Positions 1 through 11,030 are shown, numbered from the stretch's first letter. The stretch: 64,000 nt of DNA from Candidatus Multivoradales bacterium (GCA_965248055.1 CBDFIJ010000004.1:2208001-2272000), one strand, 5' to 3'. Made by a program: numbers and translations. Notes: generated by a model not told the origin, from the sequence alone.

Positions 1-87
1 GCGACCTATGGGCCGGTGCCGGTTGAGACGGTGCGGGAGTATCTGCAGGCGTTGACACAGATCGGTGTCGTCGTGTGTGGTCAATAG
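1..87 (+). CDS. 3' end of an upstream gene (partial; possibly peptidase-like)
   Basis: Open frame from base 1, ATYGPVPVETVREYLQALTQIGVVVCGQ, stop TAG at 85-87. Confidence 0.5.
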   Translation, partial: ATYGPVPVETVREYLQALTQIGVVVCGQ

Positions 88-261
88 GCCTTGGTGAGGC
101 ATCTCCTTCTTTCTGTTAGATTTAACGGACACATGTCTGATGGTTGGAACGGATAGACAGTATTGTGGGTGGCCATAAGATTCTTTATGGTCTCTGCGCA
201 AGTCTTTTTGAGTGTGTGTTTTAGGAATGTATTCCTCGCCAGATCAATGGTCATTTGAGCC

Positions 262-276
262 TGGCACTGCGCTTGC
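262..276 (+). promoter_or_regulatory. sigma54 (-24/-12) promoter
   Basis: TGGCAC-TGCGC-TTGC matches TGGCAC-N5-TTGC. Lies upstream of RBS GGGAGG (321-326) and GTG 336. The operon encodes a sigma54 activator. Confidence 0.75.
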
Positions 277-807
277 GCTTGACCCCTTGCGCGCTACGGA
301 TTAACCGTGGTGATCAACCTGGGAGGCTGAAAACCGTGAGAACAGAATCTTTGCCCTCAATCACCATCGCTTGCTGGTTAGCATGGGCGCTAGTGGTGGT
401 GGTCACAGCACCGGTGGCGTCCCTTTGGGCTCAGGCATCGTTGTCGGTCAGCGACCCAGCGGTCGCTGTGCCTGAGAGGCCAACCGAGGTGACTTTCCTG
501 ATCGAAACGATCACTGTTGAAGGTAATCGGCACTTTACTTCCGAAATCATTTTGTCTGAGTCGCTGTTGAGAGAGGGGCGAGAGTATTCGGAGCGACAGC
601 TTCGAGAGGCGGTTAACCGAATCGTCCGGCTCCCTCTCGTTCTTGATGCCGAGTTCTTCCTTCGTAAAGGAAGCGATCGCGGACTACATACGTTGGTCAT
701 TGAAGTGGAAGAAGCGAGTCGCTGGTTTTTCGGCTTTGACACTGAGTACAAGCGTGGGGATCGATCTGTGTTCTCTGAGAGTGTCGGGGATAGCCGTCGT
801 CCTCTAG

Positions 808-2123
808 CAGCCTGCTGAAAAACGGGCAACGGAGCTAATTTCAGTGGTCATAACGGTCGAAGTACTTTGAATGTGGAGACGAATCAAGGTGGCTGGCGAG
901 TTGAGGGTGTTGGTGACCCCTTGGGTCAGCTCTTCGATTCGCCCTACCGGGTGATTCGAGCGATTTGAGGAGCACTTGGGATAGAAATTCGTCATGTTGG
1001 CGCGCTCAGATTGGCTATTCGGAGCAAGTTAAACGCTGTTGCCGCAAAAGTGAAAGACCAACCGATGCGGGCTACGCCTCGAAACATCGGTCTGCGTTGC
1101 AGTCCGTACTGTTTGAGCCAGCCGAAGGGTGCCTCGACTCTCGGTCGTCTCGCCAAGCTGATCTCGTAACCTGCGTGGCGAGTGGTGCGTCGGTCAATCC
1201 GGCTGCGGCGATTCTTGGTGCTTTGCGCTACGTGAGGTGTCGCATTCAGCTTCCTCGCATTCTCTACAAACGCTCGGTTGTCATAGCCCTTGTCAGCACC
1301 CACCGTGACGCGATGATTGCTAGCCCGCTGCTCCAGCATGGCCAGAGCCGCTGTTGTCTCACCGTTGCCGGTGACGATGTTGACCTCGGTGTTGACAATC
1401 ATCCCGTGCCGGTTCTCGACCAGAATGTTGCCCCGGTAACTTAGTTTTGCTTCCTTACCACGGCCTTTTCGCGACAGCCGAGACTCGGGGTCGGTCGTCG
1501 AAGCGTGCGTTTGGTTCAACCGCTTCTGGCCTCGGAAGTCCGCTCCACCGTCCAGAGGTTTAACCTCTTCGTCCTTTGGCCGAAAGCTCTTGTGCGAAGC
1601 CCAAGCCTCGATCAGTGTGCCATCAACGCTGAAGTGATCCGGTGACAGCAGATCACGGTCCTCGGCTTGAGACAGCACCGCTGCAAACAGTTCTTCCGCG
1701 ATCGAACCTTCGAGCAAGCGCTCTCGGTTCTTGCAAAACGTCGTCGCGTCCCACACCCGCTCGTCGATACCAAGACCGACAAACCAGCGAAATAGAAGGT
1801 TGTACTCAAGTTGCTCCATCAGCTGGCGTTCACTACGCACGCTGAAGAGCACTTGAAGCAGCAATGCGCGGAGCAGACGCTCGGGGGGAATCGAAGGACG
1901 ACCACTCGAAGCGTAGATCGTCTCAAAACGCTCCGATAGCTCTCCAAGAGCTTCGTCCATCAAACTTCGGATCCGCCGCAACGGATGAGACCGAGGAATT
2001 CGCCGTTCCAGGTCAACGTAGCTGAACATTGATCCCTGACCTTGATCCGATCCACGCATCAAAACCTCCTATTCCCAATTATAGAATCGTTATGGTCAGG
2101 TGGTGGGGTTTTTCAGCAAGCTC
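808..2123 (-). mobile_element. IS5-family insertion sequence, complete
   Basis: Terminal IRs cagcctgctgaaaaac / gtttttcagcaagctc (14/16 match); CTAG target duplication at 804-807 and 2124-2127. Confidence 0.93.
992..2059 (-). CDS. IS5-family DDE transposase
   Basis: GRPSIPPERLLRALLLQ, FSVDGTLIEAWAS and ADKGYD motifs; RBS AGGAGG. Confidence 0.93.
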   Translation of the reverse strand: MRGSDQGQGSMFSYVDLERRIPRSHPLRRIRSLMDEALGELSERFETIYASSGRPSIPPERLLRALLLQVLFSVRSERQLMEQLEYNLLFRWFVGLGIDERVWDATTFCKNRERLLEGSIAEELFAAVLSQAEDRDLLSPDHFSVDGTLIEAWASHKSFRPKDEEVKPLDGGADFRGQKRLNQTHASTTDPESRLSRKGRGKEAKLSYRGNILVENRHGMIVNTEVNIVTGNGETTAALAMLEQRASNHRVTVGADKGYDNRAFVENARKLNATPHVAQSTKNRRSRIDRRTTRHAGYEISLARRPRVEAPFGWLKQYGLQRRPMFRGVARIGWSFTFAATAFNLLRIANLSAPT

Positions 2124-2950
2124 CTAGTGGGCGAGGACGAGGAGTTTCTGTTTATGGGGTGGAGAACAGCGATCGGGCGCAACGGGGTCGCCTCGGTCGC
2201 GGCGGAGGCTGGCCTCGGTACCAGGATTCAAGTTGGATACACGCACTACGATCTGTTCGGTCGCGGTGTACGCGCGAGCGCAAACTATCGATCAAGACCA
2301 GCGTCTGGAACTACATTCGATCGAACAGCGATTAGCGAACTTGACGTAGGAATTCCGCTGAAGGGGAATCATTCCTTGAACATCGTTGCTGTCAACACGA
2401 CAAATAGGGGTTCGTATTTATCCTTTTTCTATACTGAGGACGCAACTTCGATTGAGACATCGTGGCTGTTTAATACGCTCAACGACCCAGTCTTTCCAAC
2501 GTCAGGGCGTTTTGTCCGGTCGGGGGTCGAATTTGAACAGAGGCGCTCAGAGAGCTCAGGTATTGTCCACTTCAAGGATCAGGCCGAAAACATTTCAGCA
2601 GTTCTTACTGGAGATCAATATTGGCTGCTGTCTGAAACCAGCTCTCTTTCGGGAACGTTTGAGATTGGGACTAAGCAGGAATCGTTCGGAGATCGATGGC
2701 GAGCGGCTATTGGAACTCAGTACGCCAAGTTTCTCTGGCGCGACGTCCAGCGACCGCACTGGCGCGAGCTACGGTGGGAGACAAGCCTGGAAGTAGCGCA
2801 CAATATTTTCTCTTTCTCTGGCGATCCGGGCTCTTCTGGGATCAGCGATTCTCGCACGAACAGCGCTGGCTTATCCACAGGCTTGAAGTTTCGAAGCAAG
2901 AGCAGTGTATTGCGCTTGGCTCTCACCTACCAAGAGGTGGACCGGTCACG

Positions 2951-3583
2951 ATGAGAGTTCGAAGAACTCTGTTGGGTGTGGCGGTTTTGGTCAGCGTGTC
3001 TATGCAACCACTTTGGCCTCAGCCAGAGCTTGAGTCGGATGCGTCTGGAAACATGACACTCAAGAACCTCCCCTCGATCTTGAACGAGCCAGATCTTGAA
3101 CGATATTTGCTAAGCGGACTGACCACGACTGTAGTCGTGCGCATCGAGAATGATCAACGCGAAGTTGTCGGGGGGCTGCGTGTTGATCTTCGCTACGAAC
3201 TTTGGGATGAGATATTTTTTCTCACTGTGCTTGATCTTGTGAGTACTGAGTCCTCCTTGTTGCTGGATTCCGGTCAGGCACTGAACGCGTGGTGGAAAGT
3301 CTTGAAGATTCCCATTGTGGAGAGTGTGTCTAGCGTATCGACTTCGGAATTGCGCGTTACTCTCACGGTAGTGCCATTTTCTCGTACAGAGCAGGACGAT
3401 ACCCAACGCTGGTATGCGGAGTCAGTGCACCGAGGAGCACAGGGCTCGGAGACTACCGCTGGCGAAAGAAGAGAATCCCTTGAGCGCGTCTTTAGCGTCC
3501 TTATCGCCACTTCGATTCAGCGACGCCCTCTCGGATCGTATTCTTGGCGGGTGAGAGTTCCGGAAGAGAAGAGGGTGCGATGA
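2951..3583 (+). CDS. Exported hypothetical protein (DUF4390-like accessory protein of the two-component system)
   Basis: ATGA overlaps with both neighbours; signal peptide; LRYELWDEIF motif. Confidence 0.65.
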   Translation: MRVRRTLLGVAVLVSVSMQPLWPQPELESDASGNMTLKNLPSILNEPDLERYLLSGLTTTVVVRIENDQREVVGGLRVDLRYELWDEIFFLTVLDLVSTESSLLLDSGQALNAWWKVLKIPIVESVSSVSTSELRVTLTVVPFSRTEQDDTQRWYAESVHRGAQGSETTAGERRESLERVFSVLIATSIQRRPLGSYSWRVRVPEEKRVR

Positions 3584-4791
3584 GGGTTTGGCAGCCTGTG
3601 TTGGCAACAGTGCTTGCTGCTGCGGCCATTTTCTATTTTTTCCAGGGATATCTAGTCCGCGCTTCATTCGATCTGACCTCTGACGGGGCCGTCATGTCCC
3701 AGATCGAAGCCTCTCTGGAGGATCAAAAAACCTTGGCGAAATTCGACCCTGGGAGCGAAGCGCTTTATCGCGCGCGGTTTGACGAGCTCGAGACAACAAC
3801 TCAACGTTTACGAATCCTCGACCACAACCGTGAGCGATTGGCACAACGGTATCAGTACATTCTGCTTGGCATTTTTTCTCTTAGTACCGTGTCTATGATG
3901 GTTGTTTACGGGCTTCGGCAAAGGCATCAGGCGATTCGTTTGGAGCACTTACGGGAAGCGATCACCCGGCTTGCTGAAGGGCGAACAGGATTAGTTTTGG
4001 GTTTGCGGGGTAGAGACACAATTGCGCGGATTGGTGACATGATCGAACGAACATCAAAGGTGATTGGACGGGATCGTCAGCGACTTGTGGCTCTACGCAA
4101 CCTGTCAAGTTGGCAAGAAGCAACTCGGAGGCTCGCGCATGAAATGCGTACCCCGCTGGCGGCAGCTCAGCTTGAGCTAGATCGGATGCGGAGCCAGGTT
4201 GTGTCTAAGGAACCTTCTGAAGAGGTCGACAAGACCGCTCGCAGCGTTGCTGAAGAACTTTCCCGCTTGGCCGCATTTACCCGTGGCTTTGCAAGCTTCG
4301 CTCAGCTTTCGCCGTTGAATCGGACCGAGGTGGATATTGGGGGGTTGGTGAACGAGTTCGTCCACACCTTTGACAAAGCGTGGGCCAACCTGGACTTGGT
4401 CCATGATCTGGAGCATGGTCGAAAAGCGTGCGTTGATGTCGGGCTGATGCGGCAGGTATTGACCAATTTGTGTGACAACAGCTCTAGAGCTCTCGGCGAC
4501 CAACAAGGGCGAGTGATGTTTCGTGTTGGAGGATCCGCTGAGGGGGTTCACATCGATGTTGCGGACGACGGTCCTGGAATACTGGAAGCGATGCGGGAGC
4601 GAATCTTTGAGCCGTATGCGTCAACTCAGTCTTCTGGCGAAGGGATGGGACTGGGAATGGCGATTAGCAAGAAAATCTTATTGGACCACGGCGGCGACCT
4701 TGAGTTGGTCACATCAACAAGCAGCGGGACAATCTTTCGCCTTATGTTACCTGTTGAGAGACAGCCTTCCCGAGATCGATGCGCGTCTTGA
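3580..4791 (+). CDS. NtrY-like membrane sensor histidine kinase
   Basis: Two TM segments; WQEATRRLAHEMRTPL H-box; NLCDNS, DDGPG and GMGLG ATPase boxes. Confidence 0.92.
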   Translation: MRVWQPVLATVLAAAAIFYFFQGYLVRASFDLTSDGAVMSQIEASLEDQKTLAKFDPGSEALYRARFDELETTTQRLRILDHNRERLAQRYQYILLGIFSLSTVSMMVVYGLRQRHQAIRLEHLREAITRLAEGRTGLVLGLRGRDTIARIGDMIERTSKVIGRDRQRLVALRNLSSWQEATRRLAHEMRTPLAAAQLELDRMRSQVVSKEPSEEVDKTARSVAEELSRLAAFTRGFASFAQLSPLNRTEVDIGGLVNEFVHTFDKAWANLDLVHDLEHGRKACVDVGLMRQVLTNLCDNSSRALGDQQGRVMFRVGGSAEGVHIDVADDGPGILEAMRERIFEPYASTQSSGEGMGLGMAISKKILLDHGGDLELVTSTSSGTIFRLMLPVERQPSRDRCAS

Positions 4792-6134
4792 TCGTCGAAG
4801 ACGACGCCAAGACGCGGGCGACGTTGCAAGCACAGTTACGTGACGAAGGGTTGGCACCAGTCGCCGTGGAGAGCGGCGAGGCTGCACTGGCAGAAATCGA
4901 ACGCGGAACCCCAGACCTGCTGCTGGTTGATATACGGCTCCCCTCCATGAGCGGAGTTGACCTGGTGCGGCAGCTTGCCAGCGAGAATCGCCTGCCACCA
5001 ACGATTATCTTGTCGGGAGAAGCGACGATTGCCGAGACCGTGGCGGCTCTTCAGCTAGGTGTGTACGACTTCCTAGAAAAGCCATTTCACCGTGAGCGGC
5101 TATTGCGGTCAGTTCGCAATGCACTGGAACACAAACAGCTTCGCAGTCAGGTTGCTCAATTGAGCGATCAATTGGTTCGCAGTCAGGAAATCGTAGGCCA
5201 GTCGAAAGCGATCGAGCAACTTCGATCGATGATCGCCAAACTTGCTCCAACCGACGCAAATATTTTGATCATGGGCGAGAGTGGAACCGGCAAGGAGCTG
5301 GTTGCAGAAGCAATCCACAGGCAAAGTGCCCGGGCAAAGTGTCCTCTGGTGAAAATCAACTGCGCGGCGATTCCAGCGCAGCTGATGGAGTCGGAACTGT
5401 TTGGACATGCACGCGGGGCCTTTACCGATGCTCGAACGAACAAGGCTGGTTTGTTTGAGGCAGCTCATGGGGGAACACTTTTTCTCGACGAAATCGGAGA
5501 AATGAACCGTGAGTTGCAAGCCGGACTGTTGCGAGTTTTGGAAGACGGACGAGTTCGGCGCCTCGGGGAAAATCAGGAGCGGTCTGTCGATGTTCGCGTC
5601 GTGACGGCTACCAATAAGGACTTGAGCGAGGCGGTCTCAACAGGGGAGTTCCGCGGCGATCTCTACTTCCGTGTGGCGAATATTCCAATTCAGGTTCCGT
5701 CATTGCGCGACCGAGGGGAAGACGTACGAGTGTTACTCCATCACTTCATGAAATCTTACGCGCGTCGCTACGATCACGAAGTGTTTGACATAGTTCCGGC
5801 GGTTCTGGATGCCTTGGACCGGCATTCGTGGCCGGGCAACGTGCGGGAGCTCAAGAATCTTTGTGAGCGGTTGGTAATACTCGGGTCCAACCCCATTACG
5901 TTGGATCAATTGCCCACGCTTACGGAAGGCGAGAGTCTAACTAAGTATCGACCGCGAGAGACCGTGTCTCTCCGTGAATTTCGTAGCGAAGCCGAAGCGA
6001 ATTACATTCGCCGAGTCCTGACGGAGACCGGCTGGAACGTTACCACCTCTGCAAGGAGGTTGGGACTTCGAAGAAGCTACTTGCATCAAAAAATGGCCAA
6101 CCTTGGCATCCAACGTCCACCAACGGAAGTTTGA
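4779..6134 (+). CDS. sigma54-dependent NtrC-family response regulator
   Basis: Receiver domain, [32 protein letters not shown]-terminal Fis-type HTH. Confidence 0.95.
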   Translation: MRVLIVEDDAKTRATLQAQLRDEGLAPVAVESGEAALAEIERGTPDLLLVDIRLPSMSGVDLVRQLASENRLPPTIILSGEATIAETVAALQLGVYDFLEKPFHRERLLRSVRNALEHKQLRSQVAQLSDQLVRSQEIVGQSKAIEQLRSMIAKLAPTDANILIMGESGTGKELVAEAIHRQSARAKCPLVKINCAAIPAQLMESELFGHARGAFTDARTNKAGLFEAAHGGTLFLDEIGEMNRELQAGLLRVLEDGRVRRLGENQERSVDVRVVTATNKDLSEAVSTGEFRGDLYFRVANIPIQVPSLRDRGEDVRVLLHHFMKSYARRYDHEVFDIVPAVLDALDRHSWPGNVRELKNLCERLVILGSNPITLDQLPTLTEGESLTKYRPRETVSLREFRSEAEANYIRRVLTETGWNVTTSARRLGLRRSYLHQKMANLGIQRPPTEV

Positions 6135-6222
6135 ATTCTTGAAGTCACCAAGAATCGGAGAAGGCAAGTAGAATCTGAGACGCTGGTGCGAACTTGAATT
6201 GGCGCTGGCTAAGGTTTTCAAG

Positions 6223-7944
6223 ATGAATCGATTAAGTGCCAACGCTCTTCGGACTCTAGTTTCTTCGCTACTGTTGGTATCTAGTGCTTGCGCGATTGCG
6301 GTCAGTAGTCGCGATCCAGGGGCGGCCACTGTGGTTGAGCACTCTGCAGCGATTGCGATGCCGGACACCTATTCTGCGGCAGTTGCTCAGGCAGTCTTGG
6401 AGGCAGGAGGCAATGCGGTCGATGTGGCGGTTGCGGTGGGGTTTGCTTTGGCCGTCACCTACCCCGAAGCGGGGAACTTGGGTGGTGGGGGATTCATGTT
6501 GATCCGCATGGACGGTGAGACCGAGTTTCTCGATTACCGGGAAACTGCGCCGGCTGCAGCAGATCGCGATATGTACCTGGATGAACATGGAGAGGTGATC
6601 GCAGACGCGACCACGGTGGGCGTCTTGGCGGCTGGGGTGCCAGGGACGGTTGCCGGTCTGTGGGAGGCGCATCAGAGATACGGAACGCTGCCGTGGAAAG
6701 AACTGGTGGCGCCAGCGATCCGGTTGGCGAGCGACGGGTTCCTGCCGCACCGCAAGCTGATCGACAACATAGAGAAACAGCGGGTCCGGTTGGACGGAAA
6801 GACCAATTTCTTTGAACACTTCGGCCCGGTGCAGGTCGGGACGGTGTTTCGTCAGCCGGAGTTGGCTGTCGTCTTAGGTCGTATTTCCGAAAAAGAACGG
6901 AGCGGGTTCTACCGAGGGAAAACGGCGAAGCTGACGGTTGGTTACGTGCAAGAGAATGGCGGAATCCTGTCATTGGAGGACTTGGCCAGTTACCAACCGG
7001 TTTGGCGACGCCCACTGAGAGCCACCTGGAGGGAGTACCAAGTGGTGTCCGCGCCTCTGCCGAGTTCCGGTGGGTTCGCCGTGATTCAATTGCTCAAAAT
7101 GAAGGATGCTCTGGACGAAGCGTTTGCAGGACTGGAACACAACTCAGCTCAATACATTCACTTGGTAGCTGAAATCGAAAAGCGCGTCTTTGCCGACCGA
7201 GCCGAGTACCTCGGCGATCCAGATTTTGTCGATGTGGATGTCGAGGCGCTGATTGCTGACGACTACCTACTTCGTCGCGCAGCAGAGGTTCAAGCCGATC
7301 AGATCTCGGATATTGCCGCCGTGGGGCCAGGGCTGGAGTCCCCCGACACGGTGCACTATTCAATTGTTGACGGCTATGGCAACGCGGTGGCGAACACCAC
7401 CACCCTCAACTGGACTTTCGGCAGTGGGTCCGTGGTCGAAGGAGCGGGGTTTCTACTCAACGATGAAATGGATGACTTCAGCGTCAAACCAGGAGTACCA
7501 AACCTCTACGGAGTGATTGGCGGGGTGGCGAATGAGATTCAGCCAGGGAAAAGGATGTTGTCGTCGATGTCCCCCACCATGCTGCTCGAAGACGGCGAGG
7601 TGGCGATGGTGTTGGGAACCCCAGGAGGCTCAACCATCTTCACTTCGGTGTTTCAGGCGATCGTCAATATTCTGGATTTCGGCATGACCCCCGACCAAGC
7701 GGTGGCCGCGACCCGGTTTCACCATCAGTTGTTGCCAGCGGACTTAATCACTCACAGTGTCGCGAATCCACTTCCTCAGGCAACGATTCGCGCCCTTGAG
7801 GAACGCGGTTATCGAGCGCAACCCCACGACTGGGAGTTCGGCAACCTGCAAGTGATTTGGCGCGACGGCGATGTTCTGGTTCCGGCTTCCGATCCGCGCG
7901 GTCGCGGCGAGTCTCAATTTTTGATGCTTTTGGGAAAAGAGTAA
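6223..7944 (+). CDS. ggt: gamma-glutamyltransferase
   Basis: Signal peptide; GGNAVD, GNLGGGGF, DYRETAP, nucleophile T in DTVHYSIVD, LNDEMDDF, SSMSPT, GTPGG. Confidence 0.95.
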   Translation: MNRLSANALRTLVSSLLLVSSACAIAVSSRDPGAATVVEHSAAIAMPDTYSAAVAQAVLEAGGNAVDVAVAVGFALAVTYPEAGNLGGGGFMLIRMDGETEFLDYRETAPAAADRDMYLDEHGEVIADATTVGVLAAGVPGTVAGLWEAHQRYGTLPWKELVAPAIRLASDGFLPHRKLIDNIEKQRVRLDGKTNFFEHFGPVQVGTVFRQPELAVVLGRISEKERSGFYRGKTAKLTVGYVQENGGILSLEDLASYQPVWRRPLRATWREYQVVSAPLPSSGGFAVIQLLKMKDALDEAFAGLEHNSAQYIHLVAEIEKRVFADRAEYLGDPDFVDVDVEALIADDYLLRRAAEVQADQISDIAAVGPGLESPDTVHYSIVDGYGNAVANTTTLNWTFGSGSVVEGAGFLLNDEMDDFSVKPGVPNLYGVIGGVANEIQPGKRMLSSMSPTMLLEDGEVAMVLGTPGGSTIFTSVFQAIVNILDFGMTPDQAVAATRFHHQLLPADLITHSVANPLPQATIRALEERGYRAQPHDWEFGNLQVIWRDGDVLVPASDPRGRGESQFLMLLGKE

Positions 7945-8039
7945 CTGGGGGAACCAAGGTTCCCAAGATGTTTGTTGGTTCCAATAATCGGGGCGATCTC
8001 TACGCCCTGAGCGTCGCCGCATGTCGCTACCCTCACCAG

Positions 8040-8323
8040 ATAGTTCACACTCGGTAATTTCAGCGGCATCACCGGTGGCTGGAGCGGAAAATGAAGCTGC
8101 GATTCCAAACACGTACAACTAGTTGATAGAGCGGTTGCCATTGGCAAAACTTTCCCCTGATATCTGATACAGATTGATGACCGATTCATCGGGCCAGTTT
8201 GAATTCGAAACGGTTGGTGTAGGCAACTACCAGCTTTCGACCGCTCATCCGTCTGGGGCACAAAATACTATGGAGATCGTGGTGGTCGAGGGTTTCCAAG
8301 AAGTTGAAGTGGTGGTCAACTGA
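8040..8323 (+). pseudogene. Remnant of a carboxypeptidase-regulatory-like domain protein
   Basis: Frame reading TDSSGQFEFETVGVGNYQLSTAHPSG...VEVVVN* with a broken 5' part. Confidence 0.4.
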
Positions 8324-8380
8324 GACTTTGGTGACGACCAGTAGAAAACTATTTGGTGACGATCCAGCCCCAGGCTTGTC

Positions 8381-9628
8381 TCAGTGTGTGAGTACCGTCA
8401 GCCGGGAACTGCCCTGAAACGAAACCAACCACAACCAAGAATTCAGTACTGCCAGGGTGATGACGGCGATCGTCACGGGTTTGATGGCCACCCGGTGAAT
8501 AGACAAGAGCATGCCAGCGACGACGACCAGCATGGGAAGAGTCTCAATATACGCTCGGTTTCCATACGAATCGCCGAACCACCAACACCACCAGTTGCCG
8601 TTGATAACAGCGAAAGCCGAGAAAGAAACCAACGCTGACCACGCAAGAATACGCAACTTGCGTTTGCGTGTTGCAAAGACAACGACGCCTATGAGTAACA
8701 AGTAAGCGGGGTGGTAGACGAACAGCCCGTGGCGGGCATTAAACAGCCCCGATACGATTCCTTGGATCCCGGAAGTGAAGCCCTCGCCAGGATATGACGA
8801 TACTTGCAGGCCACCCCACATCATGTGCAGTGTTCCGAAATGCACCACCGCAGCTAAGGCGGGGCCCAAGGCAGACCAGATGAGTCTTAGTGTTACTCCC
8901 CCTCGAAACCATACCAGCGTAGCCAAGAAAGGCAGGAGTGCGACATTGGAATTGCGGATGAGCAGCAGAAGTCCCAAGAGAAGACCAGCGCCAATAGCAC
9001 CGGTGGTTGACCAAGGACGAGAAGGGTCGTGGCGTGAGATCACCGAAATCAAGAAGCACAGCACACCGATTCCCGCAGCGTGTGCCATTGTGGGTTCTTT
9101 GGCAATGTAGTGGAGGAGATTGGTCGCTATCGCCATCCCGGCGACCAAGAATGAAGCGATCTGCGGGTCTGTTCCCATTCTGATCAATGCTCGGCGCAAG
9201 AAGACTAAGCCGAGTATCGCGATGGCGATTAGCTCCAAGGAGACCAATACTTGATAGATCCAGGAGACACCATTTGCCGGGATGCCATGGATGCCGCGTG
9301 CAACTAAATGACCCAGGGCGACCGCGGGTAGCTCCAGGATAGGCAAGCCGACAGGGTATTTGTTTGAGGTTTCTCTTTTTGGCGTCGAGCGATAGTAGTC
9401 AGGTGGTAAGGGGTCGTACTGGTAGAGAGCCTCGTAGTCATTTTTGAAGTTGAAGTCGCGGTCGAGGACCGCTGAGCGGGCCCAAACGTAGTAACCCTTT
9501 CCATCACCGACAATCAGGTCGGGTGAGTTCCCTCGAAATAGAGATATCGCTTGCACACAGCATGAAAAGAGAAAAAAGAGGATCAAAAAGGTGCGAAACG
9601 TAAACCTATTTGTTGAAGAAACCGACAT
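8381..9628 (-). CDS. Polytopic membrane protein, GT-C-type glycosyltransferase-like
   Basis: GDGKGYYVWARSAVLDRDFNF, NKYPVG, many TM helices, WWCWWFGDSYGNR. Confidence 0.7.
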   Translation of the reverse strand: MSVSSTNRFTFRTFLILFFLFSCCVQAISLFRGNSPDLIVGDGKGYYVWARSAVLDRDFNFKNDYEALYQYDPLPPDYYRSTPKRETSNKYPVGLPILELPAVALGHLVARGIHGIPANGVSWIYQVLVSLELIAIAILGLVFLRRALIRMGTDPQIASFLVAGMAIATNLLHYIAKEPTMAHAAGIGVLCFLISVISRHDPSRPWSTTGAIGAGLLLGLLLLIRNSNVALLPFLATLVWFRGGVTLRLIWSALGPALAAVVHFGTLHMMWGGLQVSSYPGEGFTSGIQGIVSGLFNARHGLFVYHPAYLLLIGVVVFATRKRKLRILAWSALVSFSAFAVINGNWWCWWFGDSYGNRAYIETLPMLVVVAGMLLSIHRVAIKPVTIAVITLAVLNSWLWLVSFQGSSRLTVLTH

Positions 9629-9790
9629 TATTTCTTTACTAGCTGAGCCACTCTGCGACAAACGTAGACCCTAGCACCGCGTCGTGCGCGGTGTCATGGG
9701 AGACACACCAGCGAACCAGTTTCTTTCTGCTTCGTTGAGCAAGCTCAGACGTGCTGCTTCGGCGAGAGCGGCGCTTGCCCCGGACCTTTC

Positions 9791-9955
9791 TTATCGAGGG
9801 GAGTCTGACTGTCGGCTTGTGAAACCAGGGTAAAGGTCGAGAGCCACGTCCAAACATGCTGCGCTATGGGCTAATCGGCCTACTGAAATGATGTCGACGC
9901 CGGTTTCGGCAACTTCTCGAATGGTATCTGCGGAGATGTTTTCAGAGGTTTCGGC
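9791..9955 (-). pseudogene. nadC: nadC (quinolinate phosphoribosyltransferase) 3' remnant
   Basis: Minus frame AETSENISADTIREVAETGVDIISVGRLAHSAACLDVALD matches the NadC C-terminus; the 5' part is missing. Confidence 0.8.
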
Positions 9956-9978
9956 AACAAATTGTGGTTAATGACCAG

Positions 9979-9999
9979 TAATACTCGATATGCGTATGA
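9979..9999. promoter_or_regulatory. NadQ-type operator palindrome
   Basis: TAATACTC-GATAT-GCGTATGA resembles ttATRCTCa-nnn-tGAGYATaa; lies between nadQ and the nadC remnant. Confidence 0.65.
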
Positions 10000-10018
10000 G
10001 TGGGCGGCGAAGGTCGTG

Positions 10019-10972
10019 TCAAGTGCTTCGATCCATCCGCCACCCGGGAAGTCCAACGCCGGGAGAAGATCGTTCACGCAACACTTCATGCCTAAAGCGG
10101 AATAACTTGGCGGGTCTTCCACCGGTGTTGCGTTCGACGTTATCGGTTTCCTCGACCAAGCCGCCCTTTTCCACCAGTCGACGAAAGTTTTGTTTGTGGA
10201 GTCGGACTCCGGCCAGAGCTTCTACGGTTTGCTGCAGTTGGAGCAGGGTGAAGGTCGGTGCCATGAGTTCAAAAACCAACGGGCGATAGCGGATCTTGCC
10301 GCGCAGGCGCGCCAAAGCAGTGGTCAAGATGCGCCGGTGGTCACTGGCCAAACTGCGGCCAAAAACCGGAATCTCGGAGGTCGCAGTCGCTCCATCGCGA
10401 CTAGCCTCAGCAACCCGCCCGGCTTCATAGAGCAATTCGTAGCGCTCCAGCACCCGCTCGCCACTCCACGGGGCTCCATCGGTGCCAAAGGTAATAGCCA
10501 GTCGCTGGTCGGCGGCTTCCCTAAGCGAGAGGGAGAGTGGTGCCTCTACCCACTGCTTCAGGGCTGGGACGACGCCATGTTTGAGAACGGCAGGTTGTCC
10601 TTTTCGCCAGTCCTCCCAGGGGATAAAGTCGTAGACTGGTTGCCAGGAAATGCCGCTTCGTTTCTGAACCGCGGTTTCTTGTACCAGAGCCAAATAGGCG
10701 ATCGATAGAACTCGGCCAGTAGCTCCCTGTGGTGTTTTTCGATCACGATCACCAAAGGTGTACAACTGCTCGACGTAGCCGAGATCGAGACCAGTCTGTT
10801 GCTGGACCCAGGAGCGTAGACCTAGTTCGAGAGTCCGGTGACTGCCTGGGTCGAGAGGTCCGAAAGGCAATGCGGGAAGATCGTTTTCTCCGTCGATGGC
10901 CAGGATTCGAGGTTCTTCATTGGTGACTGCGATGATGACTGCGTTTAAGCCTACGGTGATGGTTCCATCCAT
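10019..10972 (-). CDS. nadQ: NadQ/NrtR-type Nudix-wHTH regulator of NAD biosynthesis
   Basis: LPFGPLDP..HRTLELGLRSWV, YVEQLYTFGD, PWEDWR, DHRRIL, LHKQNFRR, GGRPAKLFRF. Confidence 0.85.
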   Translation of the reverse strand: MDGTITVGLNAVIIAVTNEEPRILAIDGENDLPALPFGPLDPGSHRTLELGLRSWVQQQTGLDLGYVEQLYTFGDRDRKTPQGATGRVLSIAYLALVQETAVQKRSGISWQPVYDFIPWEDWRKGQPAVLKHGVVPALKQWVEAPLSLSLREAADQRLAITFGTDGAPWSGERVLERYELLYEAGRVAEASRDGATATSEIPVFGRSLASDHRRILTTALARLRGKIRYRPLVFELMAPTFTLLQLQQTVEALAGVRLHKQNFRRLVEKGGLVEETDNVERNTGGRPAKLFRFRHEVLRERSSPGVGLPGWRMDRST

Positions 10973-11030
10973 ATGTACAAGCATAAACGACCGCGTGGAT
11001 CGGTGATCCTTCGACGCTTATAATGGCCTC

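Larger units (their letters stand above)
336..2954 (+). pseudogene. POTRA + Omp85/BamA-like outer-membrane beta-barrel protein, interrupted by IS5
   Basis: Signal peptide plus POTRA-like IETITVEGN segment (336-807); barrel half with NTLNDPVFPTSG (2124-2954). Removing 808-2123 and one CTAG rejoins the frame as ...SRRPL-VGEDEE... Confidence 0.8.
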
